Assembly: GCA_021790385.1 (NCBI GenBank)
Contig: JAJYDW010000003.1
Coordinates: 25,869-89,868, forward strand
DNA: 64,000 nt
From: Planctomycetota bacterium
GTDB taxonomy: Bacteria; Planctomycetota; Phycisphaerae; WQYP01
Direction: 5' to 3'
The notes under the pieces were generated by a model. The model did no database searches, was not told the DNA's origin, and saw nothing but the letters and a program-made list of their open reading frames with translations. Position 1 is the stretch's first letter; the number at the start of each line of letters is the position of its first letter. The translations under genes were made by a program, and so were the position numbers. Shown here one piece after another: positions 1 through 9,197 of this stretch.

Positions 1-390
1 AATACCCGCAAATTCCGTCAGGAGAGCTCCCACGCAACTAAGAATCAATGTACTCACAGAAAGCCACGCCCAGCCCCGGCCAAAGCGTGCCGAAATTAAC
101 TCACCGTGGCCTTTCCGCGTTACCAGACCCAGGCGAACGGTTAATTCCTGTACGACAAATAAAATCGGCACCAGCGAAATTTGCAGCCACAGCAGCGCAT
201 AACCGAATTGGGCTCCGCTTTGAGCCGCGGTGATTACACTGCCCGCGTCGGTATCCGCCAGCATCACCACCAGCCCCGGCCCAATCACAGCCAAAGCCAA
301 CTTCCAGGCCGCCATGGGCCGCCGTGATGCAGAATGATGTAACCTTTCCAGCGCCCCACGGGCTGGTGGTTGCTCCGATTTGTTCGCCAT
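1..390 (-). CDS. mntH: NRAMP-family divalent metal (Mn2+/Fe2+) transporter, N-terminal part. The gene runs off the left edge of the window.
   Basis: I translated the minus strand from the ATG at 390: MANKSEQPPARGALERLHHSASRRPMAAWKLALAVIGPGLVVMLADTDAGSVITAAQSGAQFGYALLWLQ... This carries the NRAMP N-terminal signature (GPG..A.D.G...T..Q.GA.FGY.LLW). The frame is open to the window edge, so it is absent from the ORF track. Confidence 0.8.
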   Translation of the reverse strand, partial: MANKSEQPPARGALERLHHSASRRPMAAWKLALAVIGPGLVVMLADTDAGSVITAAQSGAQFGYALLWLQISLVPILFVVQELTVRLGLVTRKGHGELISARFGRGWAWLSVSTLILSCVGALLTEFAGI

Positions 391-566
391 GAGGTACGCT
401 TTCCTGGTTCGCTAACGCCAAACGACAGTTTACATGGGATTGGACAATAAGGGTATTGAATCGCAGCCCAGCGTTGTGGGTAGCAGGTGAAACTCGTGAG
501 TTGCTGACTGGCTAGAGCCAGCTACAACGGCAGATGCCAAAGCCACGAAAAATTATATAATGATTC

Positions 567-1448
567 ATGATGAGCCAGCCTGATAAATCCATTTCAACGC
601 CCGCGTGTTCAACCGATTCGTCGAACACCGCCCAGGGCGTTTCGCCAGATCTTTCATTGCCAGCATTGCCAGATTCATCCGTTACCACTGGCGGGCAGGC
701 CAAAGATACCCCACTGCCGGTAGATAGCCACACCGCTGAACCTGCGCCTTCGGCAGGGGAAACTCAGAGCAAACCGGTGCCCGATCGGCGGGCTTTTTTT
801 TCTCGGCTCATGCGCAATGCCGTGGGTCCGCTGGCTGCGATTTTGGAACATCGCATGGGGCCGGTTACCGATGCGCTGCAAGGCCAATTGTCGATTTCCT
901 CCGACGAGGATGATCTGCCGTCAGAACCGCCCGATCCCTACAACACCAACCCGCATCCCAGGACCATTTTGCGCCCTCCGGGAGCACTACCGGCAGGCGA
1001 TTTTGAGTTCGCCTGTTCCCGCTGCGCCAAGTGCGTGGAGGTGTGCCCCGTTAAGGCTATACAACTAGACCCCGCGAGCATTGTGGCCGGCGGCTTTCCA
1101 TACATCGTAGCGGAAATCTCACCGTGCGTAGTCTGCGCAGATCTTGCCTGTATGAAAAACTGCCCTACAGGAGCCTTGGTTTTAGTGAATAAATCCGCCA
1201 TCCGCATCGGCTGCGCCGAAGTGGACCACCAGCAGTGCCTGCGCAATTCCGGCGAAGACTGCCGGCTCTGCCTGGAAGCGTGTCCCGCGGACATCAACGC
1301 CCTGGTGATTAGTTCATCCAGTGGCAAGGTGCTCGTGAAACTGGACCGCTGCATTGGCTGCGGCCTGTGCGAACACGCGTGCCCCACCGAACCCAGGGCT
1401 ATAGTGGTCAATCCACGCCCCCAACTGGAAGATTCCATTATTGCCTGA
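567..1448 (+). CDS. Multi-cluster 4Fe-4S ferredoxin-type protein (NapG/MauM-like) with an internal twin-arginine motif. The start is uncertain: ATG at 567 or in-frame GTG at 777.
   Basis: There are four Cys clusters: CSRCAKCVEVCP, CVVCADLACMKNCP, CRLCLEACP and CIGCGLCEHACP. An RRAFFSRL Tat-like motif lies about 73 aa into the ORF. Confidence 0.75.
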   Translation: MMSQPDKSISTPACSTDSSNTAQGVSPDLSLPALPDSSVTTGGQAKDTPLPVDSHTAEPAPSAGETQSKPVPDRRAFFSRLMRNAVGPLAAILEHRMGPVTDALQGQLSISSDEDDLPSEPPDPYNTNPHPRTILRPPGALPAGDFEFACSRCAKCVEVCPVKAIQLDPASIVAGGFPYIVAEISPCVVCADLACMKNCPTGALVLVNKSAIRIGCAEVDHQQCLRNSGEDCRLCLEACPADINALVISSSSGKVLVKLDRCIGCGLCEHACPTEPRAIVVNPRPQLEDSIIA

Positions 1449-1477
1449 CACCGTGCGCAAAAGAACACTTCCATTTG

Positions 1478-1483
1478 TATAAT
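1478..1483 (+). promoter_or_regulatory. Candidate sigma70 -10 box (perfect TATAAT) about 45 nt upstream of the J-protein gene
   Basis: The sequence ccatttgTATAATgcc sits in the 80-nt gap between the ferredoxin stop and the ATG at 1529. The -35 element is weak. Confidence 0.25.
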
Positions 1484-1528
1484 GCCTGAAAGACAAGAAA
1501 GTTGGTTGATTATTTCGGATTGAAAAAT

Positions 1529-2527
1529 ATGGCTGAAACTAAACGAGATTTCTACGAAGTGCTCGGCGTATCCAAAACCGCCGGTGCCGAAGACTTAAAA
1601 AAGGCCTACCGCAAGCTGGCCCGCAAATATCATCCGGATGTCAATCGCAACGATCCATCCGCCGAGCGCCGTTTCAAAGAAGTGCAGGAAGCCTATGATG
1701 TTCTCACGGACAGCAAGAAACGCCAGGCCTATGATCAGTTCGGCCACGCGGGCGTCAACAACAGTGCGGCGGCGGATGCCGCGGCCGCAGCCGCCGCTGC
1801 GGGTCGCAGACAGGGCGGTTTTCGTTATGCCACGCAGACACCTGGTGGCGCAACGGTCGACTTTGGCGAGGTGGACCTCAATGACATATTTGAAAGATTC
1901 ACCGGCCAAAGAAACCGCGGCAGCCGCAATCCCTTTGCTTCCGGAGGCGTTGCCGAGCCAACGGAAACATCGCATACGGCGGATATCACCCATGAAGTAA
2001 CGCTGAGTTTTGAACAAGCCATCAAGGGTACAACCCTGGATTTGCGCATCGATACCGTCAATCGTGCTCATTCCGAAACCATCGCGGTGAAAATTCCGCC
2101 TGGTGTACATGAAGGGGCTAAAGTTCGCGTACGTGGACGGGGGCAGCCCGCCTTGGGTGGCCGCAGCCGCGGCGATTTAATCATCAGCATTCATGTATCC
2201 CCGCACCCCTACTTTGTGCGCCTCGGCCAGGATATCATTCTGGATGTGCCCATTTCCGCCGGCGAGGCCGCTTCCGGAACTACCATTCGTGTGCCCACCA
2301 TCGATGGTCCGCTGGAAATGCGTGTGCCAGCAGGTATTGTGGGCGGGATGAAACTACGTCTCAAGGGACGAGGAGTTCCGGGACGAAGTGGTCCGGTCGG
2401 CGATCAGTTGTGCCGTATTATCATTCAATTGCCGGACGATCTGACCGACGCGGAAAAGCAGCACCTTAAACAAATGGATGAGAAGCACCAGTTTGACCCC
2501 AGGGCCAAAACCGCCTGGAAGTCATGA
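1529..2527 (+). CDS. DnaJ-family J-protein lacking the zinc finger (CbpA-like/class II)
   Basis: The J domain with HPD reads [33 protein letters not shown]. An Ala-rich linker follows, with no CxxCxGxG repeats, then C-terminal DnaJ_C-like beta domains. The ATG at 1529 is preferred over the TTG at 1502. Confidence 0.85.
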   Translation: MAETKRDFYEVLGVSKTAGAEDLKKAYRKLARKYHPDVNRNDPSAERRFKEVQEAYDVLTDSKKRQAYDQFGHAGVNNSAAADAAAAAAAAGRRQGGFRYATQTPGGATVDFGEVDLNDIFERFTGQRNRGSRNPFASGGVAEPTETSHTADITHEVTLSFEQAIKGTTLDLRIDTVNRAHSETIAVKIPPGVHEGAKVRVRGRGQPALGGRSRGDLIISIHVSPHPYFVRLGQDIILDVPISAGEAASGTTIRVPTIDGPLEMRVPAGIVGGMKLRLKGRGVPGRSGPVGDQLCRIIIQLPDDLTDAEKQHLKQMDEKHQFDPRAKTAWKS

Positions 2528-2539
2528 CCGCGGGATGAT

Positions 2540-2923
2540 ATGTCGTACCGTTCGCTTATCTGGAGCCTGATTTCCGTAGCCATTGTGGTGGCTATTGTGG
2601 CCCTGTGGATCCAGGCGATAAATCCCCTGCTCACGTCATCCGCCATGCCTGCAACAGCACCCGGCATCTGGACGTCATTGCCCCATGCACGACCAGCCAC
2701 ATCAGCCTCCGGACACCGGCAGGCGGTGTGGAACCTTGCCCAGGCCGGTTTGCTGCTGGCGTTTGTGGTGCTTTGCGTCTTGTTTACGGTATCCCTGATT
2801 TTGACTCTGCGATCGCTGCTGCTGGGATATCCACCGGAAAAATCCCGCAAAACCAAATATGTGGATGCCTGGAAGCTGGCGGGAAAACGTTTTGGCGATA
2901 AACCTTCCGAGGACGATAGGTGA
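2540..2923 (+). CDS. Hypothetical small membrane protein (two predicted TM helices)
   Basis: Hydrophobic segments are LIWSLISVAIVVAIVALWI and AGLLLAFVVLCVLFTVSLILTL. It lies 13 nt after the J-protein stop on the same strand. Confidence 0.5.
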   Translation: MSYRSLIWSLISVAIVVAIVALWIQAINPLLTSSAMPATAPGIWTSLPHARPATSASGHRQAVWNLAQAGLLLAFVVLCVLFTVSLILTLRSLLLGYPPEKSRKTKYVDAWKLAGKRFGDKPSEDDR

Positions 2924-2942
2924 GCGAATTTTCTGGCGTTGC

Positions 2943-3611
2943 TTATCGTCGGCCCATATGAACTTTTAAGAGTCGCTGCGCCGCAAAAACCCGACCCGTT
3001 AACGCATCCCGAAAACGTACCCGGAACGTGATGTTGGCATGGACCGGCGGATGTTTCCAAGGGCAATCAAAGGCAAAACAATTCAAGCCGAACAGGCCAT
3101 ACCATAGCTTCTTACTGCGGCGGGCGCTGAAAACCCATTGGCCAATTTTGTTTGCGCCGGTTTTTGCCGCCAGATCAAACGCACTGATGGTGAATTTGCC
3201 GGTAGCGGGCAGCGGGCGTCCGCCCGCCATCAAAGTTGCCACAAACACGCGGAATCCTCGCAAGCTTTTGCCACCATGAAATTTGGCCGTATTCGTCGCG
3301 CTTTGTATCTTGATCGCATGAACCGTGAAAAGTTCCGCCAGCCGGGCTGGAGGCAGGGTGGCCACTCGCGGAGTTTTGGCGGCAATCTGCGACTCCAGGG
3401 TTTTAATCTGGAATTGCGTTCCCTTGAGTTGGGATTTTAAGGCGGCATTTTGATTTTGCAGCGCAATATTTTCTTGAAATACACGGTAATCACCTGGCGT
3501 GCTGGCACATCCGGCCAACAAAACACAGGCCAACACCGCCAGCGCACTACCGCCAGTGGCAACGTAAGAATAAAATGAACCAGTCGATCGCATTCGGACC
3601 CCTTCCAGCAA
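2943..3611 (-). CDS. Hypothetical lipoprotein with a coiled-coil segment
   Basis: It has a signal peptide plus lipobox (VLLAGCAS) and a heptad-like stretch (NIALQNQNAALKSQLKGTQFQIKTLESQIA). It lies directly downstream of clpP. Confidence 0.55.
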   Translation of the reverse strand: MLEGVRMRSTGSFYSYVATGGSALAVLACVLLAGCASTPGDYRVFQENIALQNQNAALKSQLKGTQFQIKTLESQIAAKTPRVATLPPARLAELFTVHAIKIQSATNTAKFHGGKSLRGFRVFVATLMAGGRPLPATGKFTISAFDLAAKTGANKIGQWVFSARRSKKLWYGLFGLNCFAFDCPWKHPPVHANITFRVRFRDALTGRVFAAQRLLKVHMGRR

Positions 3612-3628
3612 CCAACCTCTGTTCTACA

Positions 3629-4369
3629 TCACTGATCCGCCACATCCGTTTCACCGCCCGGCGGTGCCATATCTCCACCGCGTCCCGGCGTCGGCCGCAG
3701 CATACGTTCAAGCTTGGTATCCACCACCCCGTACGCTACCGCCTCGTCCGCCTCCAGCCAAAGATTCCGGTCGCAATCTTTGTGTATCTTTTCTACGGCT
3801 TGCCCCGTGTGTTTGGCCATAATTTCAAACATGCGCTCACGCAGCCGCAGCAACTCGCGGGCTTCAATGGATAGATCCGTAGCCGTGCCCTGCATCACAC
3901 CCGAAAGCAATGGCTGGTGCAGCATGATGCGACTGTTGGGCAGGGCATAGCGTTTCCCCTTTTTACCCGCAGCCAGCAGCCATGCCCCCATGCTGGCTGC
4001 CAAACCCACACAGGTTGTCGCCACGTCGCACCGTAAAAATTGAATGGTGTCGTAAATCGCCAGGCCGGCCGTCACTGATCCACCCGGACTGTTGATATAC
4101 ATGTTGATGTCAGTTTTGGAATCCTCATTCGATAGAAATAAAAGCTGAGCAATAATAAGATTCGCCATGTCGTCATCCACCGGCCCCGCCAGAAAAATGA
4201 TTCTATCGCGCAGCAGCCGCGAAAAAATGTCGTAACTGCGTTCGCCCCGTCCGCTTTTTTCTACAACAATCGGCACTAAATTGGATTGTGCCCCTCCCGG
4301 CATCGCCCAACCATTCGTATACCCTTGAGATTCCGCAATAGTTCGGTCGTTTTTTTCAAGATGCGCCAT
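3629..4369 (-). CDS. clpP: ATP-dependent Clp protease proteolytic subunit
   Basis: The region [39 protein letters not shown]...[18 protein letters not shown]...[11 protein letters not shown]...MLHQP contains the Ser/His catalytic motifs. The ATG at 4369 has a GGAG Shine-Dalgarno sequence 6 nt upstream. The track start at 4387 is a GTG. Confidence 0.93.
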   Translation of the reverse strand: MAHLEKNDRTIAESQGYTNGWAMPGGAQSNLVPIVVEKSGRGERSYDIFSRLLRDRIIFLAGPVDDDMANLIIAQLLFLSNEDSKTDINMYINSPGGSVTAGLAIYDTIQFLRCDVATTCVGLAASMGAWLLAAGKKGKRYALPNSRIMLHQPLLSGVMQGTATDLSIEARELLRLRERMFEIMAKHTGQAVEKIHKDCDRNLWLEADEAVAYGVVDTKLERMLRPTPGRGGDMAPPGGETDVADQ

Positions 4370-4664
4370 TTTGTACTCCACAAGCACTTACCAACTCCGG
4401 CGAGCCTACCGCAGACCCGTGATTCCAGCAAGGGCTGCTTTGGAAATAATCCAGATTCCGTCCGCCTTCCAACTGTATGCCCATATTTTACATTTAGATC
4501 AAATGCCTTGCCCAATCCCAAACGAACCTGCCGCCCTGCCCCTTGCTCTCATTGAAGTTACGGTTAGGATGACACAGCGACAAGCGTTAGCCCGGCGCAA
4601 AGATGAGTCCGATGCGACAGGCTGATGAAACTTCCGGGGCTTTTTTAGGATTGTGAGTTTTCTG

Positions 4665-5450
4665 ATGAGTTTTGATCCGATACGCATTGCAATTTCCGGA
4701 GCCGCTGGAAAAATGGGTAGCCGACTCATTGCGCTGGCCTTGGAGCAACCCGAACATTTCCGCGTGGTCGCGGCGTTGGAATCTGCCGCTTCGCCGCTGC
4801 TGGGAAAAGATTGTGCTGCCGGTGTTCGCGTATCCGCAGTGTTGACCAGCCTGGCGGATGTGTTGATCGACTTTTCCGCACCGGCCGCAACGCGTGCCCT
4901 GCTGGAGGTCTGCCGCCAAAAAAAAATAAACATGGTCATCGGCACCACCGGACTCACCACCGCGGACCATGCCCTTATTGATGCCGCCGCCGCGGATATC
5001 GCCATTTTGCAGGCGGCCAATACCAGCCTCGGCGTAAACGTGCTCCTGCGTATGGTGGCAGTTATGGCCCGGCAATTGGGAGAATCTTACGACATTGAAA
5101 TTGTCGAGGCCCACCATAACCAGAAAAAAGATGCCCCCTCCGGCACCGCTCTGGCGCTGGCCGAGTCTATCGCCAAGGCGACCAGCCGATCATTGGAGAA
5201 ACATTTGGTTCACGGCCGCCACGGCACCGACGTTCCACGTATACGCGGAACTATCGGCATGCATGCGCTGCGTATGGGAGATGTGGTGGGCGAACATACC
5301 GTGTACTTTGCCGCTCCGGGCGAACGGGTAGAGGTCAAACACATTGCCGCAACGCGGGACACTTTTGTGCGCGGGGCCTTGCAGGCCGCCAGGTTTATCG
5401 CCGGCCATAAGCCAGGCCGCTACTGCATGGCTGATGTACTGGGCATTTAA
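4665..5450 (+). CDS. dapB: 4-hydroxy-tetrahydrodipicolinate reductase
   Basis: The N-terminal Rossmann motif is IAISGAAGKMG, and EIVEAHHNQKKDAPSGTAL is the DapB signature. The ATG at 4665 is in frame with the GTG at 4653. Confidence 0.92.
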   Translation: MSFDPIRIAISGAAGKMGSRLIALALEQPEHFRVVAALESAASPLLGKDCAAGVRVSAVLTSLADVLIDFSAPAATRALLEVCRQKKINMVIGTTGLTTADHALIDAAAADIAILQAANTSLGVNVLLRMVAVMARQLGESYDIEIVEAHHNQKKDAPSGTALALAESIAKATSRSLEKHLVHGRHGTDVPRIRGTIGMHALRMGDVVGEHTVYFAAPGERVEVKHIAATRDTFVRGALQAARFIAGHKPGRYCMADVLGI

Positions 5451-5495
5451 CACGCGACAATACCCTATCGCAATGGGGATTTCTGGAGTTTCAAT

Positions 5496-6206
5496 ATGGC
5501 GGCACGCGCCGTGATTCTTTTAAGCGGCGGACTTGATTCTGCAACCGTTCTGGCCATGGCCGCAAAGGATGGCTTCGAATGTTTTGCCCTTAGCTTTCGC
5601 TATGGCCAACGGCATGAGATGGAATTGCGTTGCGCCAGGCGTATTGCTGCGGCGGCGAAGGTGCAGCAGCATATCGAAGTTCCAATTGATTTACGGACAT
5701 TGGGAGGCTCAGCGCTCACCAGCAATCTGCCGGTACCCAAAGACCGTTCTACGGATGAAATGGCCTCTGGCATTCCGATCACCTATGTGCCCGCACGAAA
5801 TACCATTTTCCTGGCCTTTGCCCTGGCGTGGGCCGAGGTGCTGGCGAGTCGAGATATCTTCATCGGGGTCAACGCTCTGGATTATTCCGGTTATCCCGAT
5901 TGCCGCCCTGAATTTATCGTCGCCTTTGCCACACTGGCCAACCTGGCCACCAGGGCCGGAGTGCAGGGCGAAGGCAGAATTCAAATTCACGCCCCGCTGA
6001 TGAACCTGCGAAAGTCAGAAATTATCCGGCTCGGTCTGGCCATGGGCATCAATTATGCAGATACCATTTCCTGTTATGATCCTGCACCAGATGGAAAAAG
6101 CTGCGGTCGCTGCGATGCGTGTACGTTGCGGCTCGCCGCTTTTGCCACTTGCCGGACTGCAGATCCCATTGCCTATGTTGATAATGCGGCAGCAACCCAT
6201 CGATGA
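5496..6206 (+). CDS. queC: 7-cyano-7-deazaguanine synthase
   Basis: It has the PP-loop [11 protein letters not shown] and a C-terminal zinc site, CYDP...CGRCDAC. Confidence 0.93.
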   Translation: MAARAVILLSGGLDSATVLAMAAKDGFECFALSFRYGQRHEMELRCARRIAAAAKVQQHIEVPIDLRTLGGSALTSNLPVPKDRSTDEMASGIPITYVPARNTIFLAFALAWAEVLASRDIFIGVNALDYSGYPDCRPEFIVAFATLANLATRAGVQGEGRIQIHAPLMNLRKSEIIRLGLAMGINYADTISCYDPAPDGKSCGRCDACTLRLAAFATCRTADPIAYVDNAAATHR

Positions 6207-6904
6207 TAATTTCGGAAATATTTTTAAGTATCCAGGGTGAAGGCCAATGGCTGGGAATGCCATCCGTATTTATCCGTACCAGTGGCTGCAATTTGCGTTG
6301 CCGGTGGTGCGACACGCCCTACGCTTCGTGGAACCCGCAGGGCACGGAAATGTCGGTCCAGGCCATTCTCGATCAGGTCGCCCGCCACTCCGTAGAGCAT
6401 GTCGTAATTACCGGTGGTGAGCCGTTGATTCATGCCGAGGTGGTGGAACTGGCGGCACAGCTAAAACTTCAGCAAAAGTACATTACCCTCGAAACCGCCG
6501 GCACCCTCTGGCGCGATATCTCCGTCGATCTGGCCAGCATCAGCCCCAAACTATCCAACTCGACTCCGCATGACCGCCAGGGCGGCACCTTTGCCAAAGC
6601 GCACGAATCCACCCGCATCGATATCCCCACCATGACGCAGTTTGCCCGATCCACGGCCATAAAAAATCGCCAGTGGAAATTTGTTATCTGCCGCCCGGAA
6701 GATATCACCGAAATGGAAGTCTTGCTGGCCCAACTGCCTGAAATTACCCGTCAGCAGGATAATATATTTCTGATGCCGGAAGGGATTGATGCCGCCGAAC
6801 TCCAGAAAAAAGGAGTGTGGCTGGCGGAGCTTTGTAAAACCCGCGGCTACCGCTTTGGAGCACGTCTGCACATTAGTTTGTATGGCAATCAGCGTGGCGT
6901 ATAA
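6203..6904 (+). CDS. queE: 7-carboxy-7-deazaguanine synthase (radical SAM)
   Basis: The motif is [34 protein letters not shown]. An ATGA overlap with queC indicates translational coupling. Confidence 0.9.
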   Translation: MIISEIFLSIQGEGQWLGMPSVFIRTSGCNLRCRWCDTPYASWNPQGTEMSVQAILDQVARHSVEHVVITGGEPLIHAEVVELAAQLKLQQKYITLETAGTLWRDISVDLASISPKLSNSTPHDRQGGTFAKAHESTRIDIPTMTQFARSTAIKNRQWKFVICRPEDITEMEVLLAQLPEITRQQDNIFLMPEGIDAAELQKKGVWLAELCKTRGYRFGARLHISLYGNQRGV

Positions 6905-6936
6905 AGATAAACAGTTTTCGAAAGGATGACCTCATC

Positions 6937-7341
6937 ATGCCCAGCCCCAAAAAGAGTCTTCTGGAAACATTTGCCAACCCCCATCCCGGCCGGGACTACG
7001 AAATTGAGCACATCGCGCCGGAATTTACTTCGGTGTGTCCCAAGACCGGTCAGCCGGATTTCGGCACAATTCGCCTGATCTACGTGCCCGCTGCAGTCTG
7101 TGTGGAGCTTAAAAGCCTGAAGTTGTATTTGCAGAGCTTCCGCAATCGCGGCATATTTTACGAAGACGTTACCAACCGCATTCTCAATGATCTGGTTGCC
7201 GTGCTCCAACCGCAACGGTTAACCGTCATCAGCGAATGGACCCCACGCGGTGGCCTGCGCTCAATTATTCGCTGCCATTACCCCGAAGAGCGCATACTTG
7301 CCGGCCGAGCCACCACGACCTCGCGCCAAACCAGGCCGTAA
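6937..7341 (+). CDS. queF: NADPH-dependent 7-cyano-7-deazaguanine reductase (type I)
   Basis: The QueF motif [23 protein letters not shown] contains the catalytic Cys. Confidence 0.9.
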   Translation: MPSPKKSLLETFANPHPGRDYEIEHIAPEFTSVCPKTGQPDFGTIRLIYVPAAVCVELKSLKLYLQSFRNRGIFYEDVTNRILNDLVAVLQPQRLTVISEWTPRGGLRSIIRCHYPEERILAGRATTTSRQTRP

Positions 7342-7349
7342 GCAGAGGC

Positions 7350-9161
7350 CTACCCCTTCATACCTGTAAGCGTTATGCCCTGAATAAAATAGCGCTGCGC
7401 CAGGAAAAATACCGCCACCACCGGCAAAGTCATCATCGTGGCCGCAGCCATCATCATGCCAAACTGTCCTCCATGCGCACTGGAAAATTCATACATACCC
7501 AGCGGCAGGGTGTAACGGCTCGGACTGGATAGATAAATCAGCGGCGTCATGAAATCATTCCACACGCCCATGAACGTGAAAATAGCAATGGCCGCCAGCG
7601 CCGGCTTCATCAGCGGCATGATAATCCGCCAATAAATGCCAAACCAGCCGCAGCCATCCATCAGCGCCGCCTCTTCCAACTCACGGGGAATGTTGCGCAT
7701 AAATTGCCGCAGTAGAAAAATAAAAAACGCGCTGCCGAAAACAGCCGGCACCCACAATGGCAGGAGCGTGTTGTACCAGCCCAGATGCCTGAAGATCAAA
7801 AACACGGGAATCATAGTAACGGTTCCCGGCAACATCATAGTGGCCAGAAGCAAGGCAAATATTTTGTCACGCAGCGGCCACGCCAGACGTGCAAATGCAT
7901 ATCCCGCCATGGAGCAACTAATCACCTGAAAAATAACGCACAATACCACCACTATTACACTGTTAATCAGATAATCCAGCCAGTGTCGATCCGCATACCA
8001 CGCCTGCCGGTAAGAATCGGTAAATTTATAGAATGCCGCCGCCAGCGGCGATATTTTTGTTACATGCAGCCGAACCTGTACCGTGCCAGGTAACGGCAGC
8101 GCGTTGACACTCACGGGGCCGCTGCGATACAGCGGAAAAATGCCCATATTGGTTTCATTGGCCGGATCGCGATCATGCAGATGAAATATCAGCGATTGCC
8201 AGCGTCGATTGCCTAAAAACATAAGATTTTTAGAAACGTAGCGCATCATTCCCACCACCACAGATACCCGCACATATTGCCAGGAACGATCTTCGTGCAT
8301 GGGAATCGTGATCCCCAGCAGATGCCGCACCGATTTCGGCAATTGAAAATCGGCCTGAATGGTAAACGCATGGCGCTGGGCAAAGTTGTACGCAATCAAA
8401 TTCGGATGGCCACGCACCAACCGCGCCGGCTGGCTCACACTCCATTCAATAGCCGCAGGCTTTACCGCATCATCATGGTAGCGGGTGTCGGTTATTGTAA
8501 TGCCCGACACTTCTATTCCACGGTACGCCCGCTCCCATGCCGCCCGCACCCGCCCCGCAGTCATCACCGCCACCGCCTTTTGGCAGATCGTAGATGCAGG
8601 CTGTTGCCAGAACTGCGGCGGCTCGAACTTTTGCAGCCGGTGGACCAGCATCGGAATCAGCACCTGACGTGCCCGGCTCGTACCAATCAAGGCCAACTGC
8701 GTCTGATGCAGCAGTGGACGCGCCGGCAACCACAAAGTCTGTTCCAAGGCCGGCTTTATGGCTCGCCAGCGAACCTTGCTCATATGCTGCGGCGGTTGTG
8801 AGCGGGCATAACGCTGCACCAGATACGGCGAACGCACCACATCTCGGGGCAACGCCGGCAGCCAATGCGGCGGCTGAACAAATATTTCCCGGTTGTATTT
8901 GAAACTGGTGCCCACCAGCCATAAAAATGGCAAAATAAATAAACACGCTCCGCTGATCAGTGCCCCTTGCAGCGTTAAACGCTGCAACACGCTTACGGGC
9001 GCAAGAAAAGCCACGGCACCAGCCACAACCATCAGCACGCCCAACGCCCATAACAACTCTCCAGCATTGGCCGGCAACGTGCGGTAAACAATAATGGTGG
9101 CCAGCGCCACCAGCAAGACTTCCTCCACCCACAGCCCGCCCGCACACAACAATCGTTTCAT
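7350..9161 (-). CDS. Carbohydrate-type ABC transporter permease (MalG/UgpE-like) with extra N-terminal TM helices and an extracytoplasmic insertion of about 300 aa
   Basis: The C-terminal half is canonical: NSVIVVVLCVIFQVISCSMAGYAFARL...EEAALMDGCGWFGIYWRIIMPLMKPAL (EAA loop). About 300 non-hydrophobic residues separate the MalG-like first helix (ILPFLWLVGTSFK) from the rest. Confidence 0.85.
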   Translation of the reverse strand: MKRLLCAGGLWVEEVLLVALATIIVYRTLPANAGELLWALGVLMVVAGAVAFLAPVSVLQRLTLQGALISGACLFILPFLWLVGTSFKYNREIFVQPPHWLPALPRDVVRSPYLVQRYARSQPPQHMSKVRWRAIKPALEQTLWLPARPLLHQTQLALIGTSRARQVLIPMLVHRLQKFEPPQFWQQPASTICQKAVAVMTAGRVRAAWERAYRGIEVSGITITDTRYHDDAVKPAAIEWSVSQPARLVRGHPNLIAYNFAQRHAFTIQADFQLPKSVRHLLGITIPMHEDRSWQYVRVSVVVGMMRYVSKNLMFLGNRRWQSLIFHLHDRDPANETNMGIFPLYRSGPVSVNALPLPGTVQVRLHVTKISPLAAAFYKFTDSYRQAWYADRHWLDYLINSVIVVVLCVIFQVISCSMAGYAFARLAWPLRDKIFALLLATMMLPGTVTMIPVFLIFRHLGWYNTLLPLWVPAVFGSAFFIFLLRQFMRNIPRELEEAALMDGCGWFGIYWRIIMPLMKPALAAIAIFTFMGVWNDFMTPLIYLSSPSRYTLPLGMYEFSSAHGGQFGMMMAAATMMTLPVVAVFFLAQRYFIQGITLTGMKG

Positions 9162-9197
9162 ACGTGCCCATCCTGCCGCCGCTGCCGCGGGCTTGAT

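Noticed and set aside
101-421. The ORF-track 106-aa minus-strand ORF at the left edge.
   Set aside because: - Its translation has no recognisable features.
- It overlaps, in another frame, an open frame (1-390, minus strand) that translates into a clear NRAMP N-terminus.
- The 106-aa ORF is therefore a shadow ORF.
553-575. A Fur/MntR-box-like AT-rich sequence, TATAATGATTCATGATGAG, between mntH and the ferredoxin gene.
   Set aside because: - Only about half of the 19-bp Fur consensus matches.
- The site is about 170 nt from the mntH start.
- It coincides with a plain -10 box.
4560-4652. A hairpin plus T-run (..AGCCCGG...CCGGGGCTTTTTT) upstream of dapB, considered as a lysine riboswitch or attenuator.
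   Set aside because: - The stem needs a bulge and encloses a loop of about 38 nt.
- No L-box conserved elements are recognisable.
- It is most simply part of the divergent clpP/dapB promoter region.
8473-9171. Long alternative-frame or antisense ORFs inside confirmed genes. Examples are 8473-9171, 4499-5020, 33903-34508, 51225-51827, 57582-58205 and 53225-53971.
   Set aside because: - Their compositions are Arg/Gly/Ala/Pro-rich.
- They lack Shine-Dalgarno sequences and recognisable motifs.
- Each lies entirely within a gene that has strong family signatures.
- This is the expected behaviour of GC-rich DNA.
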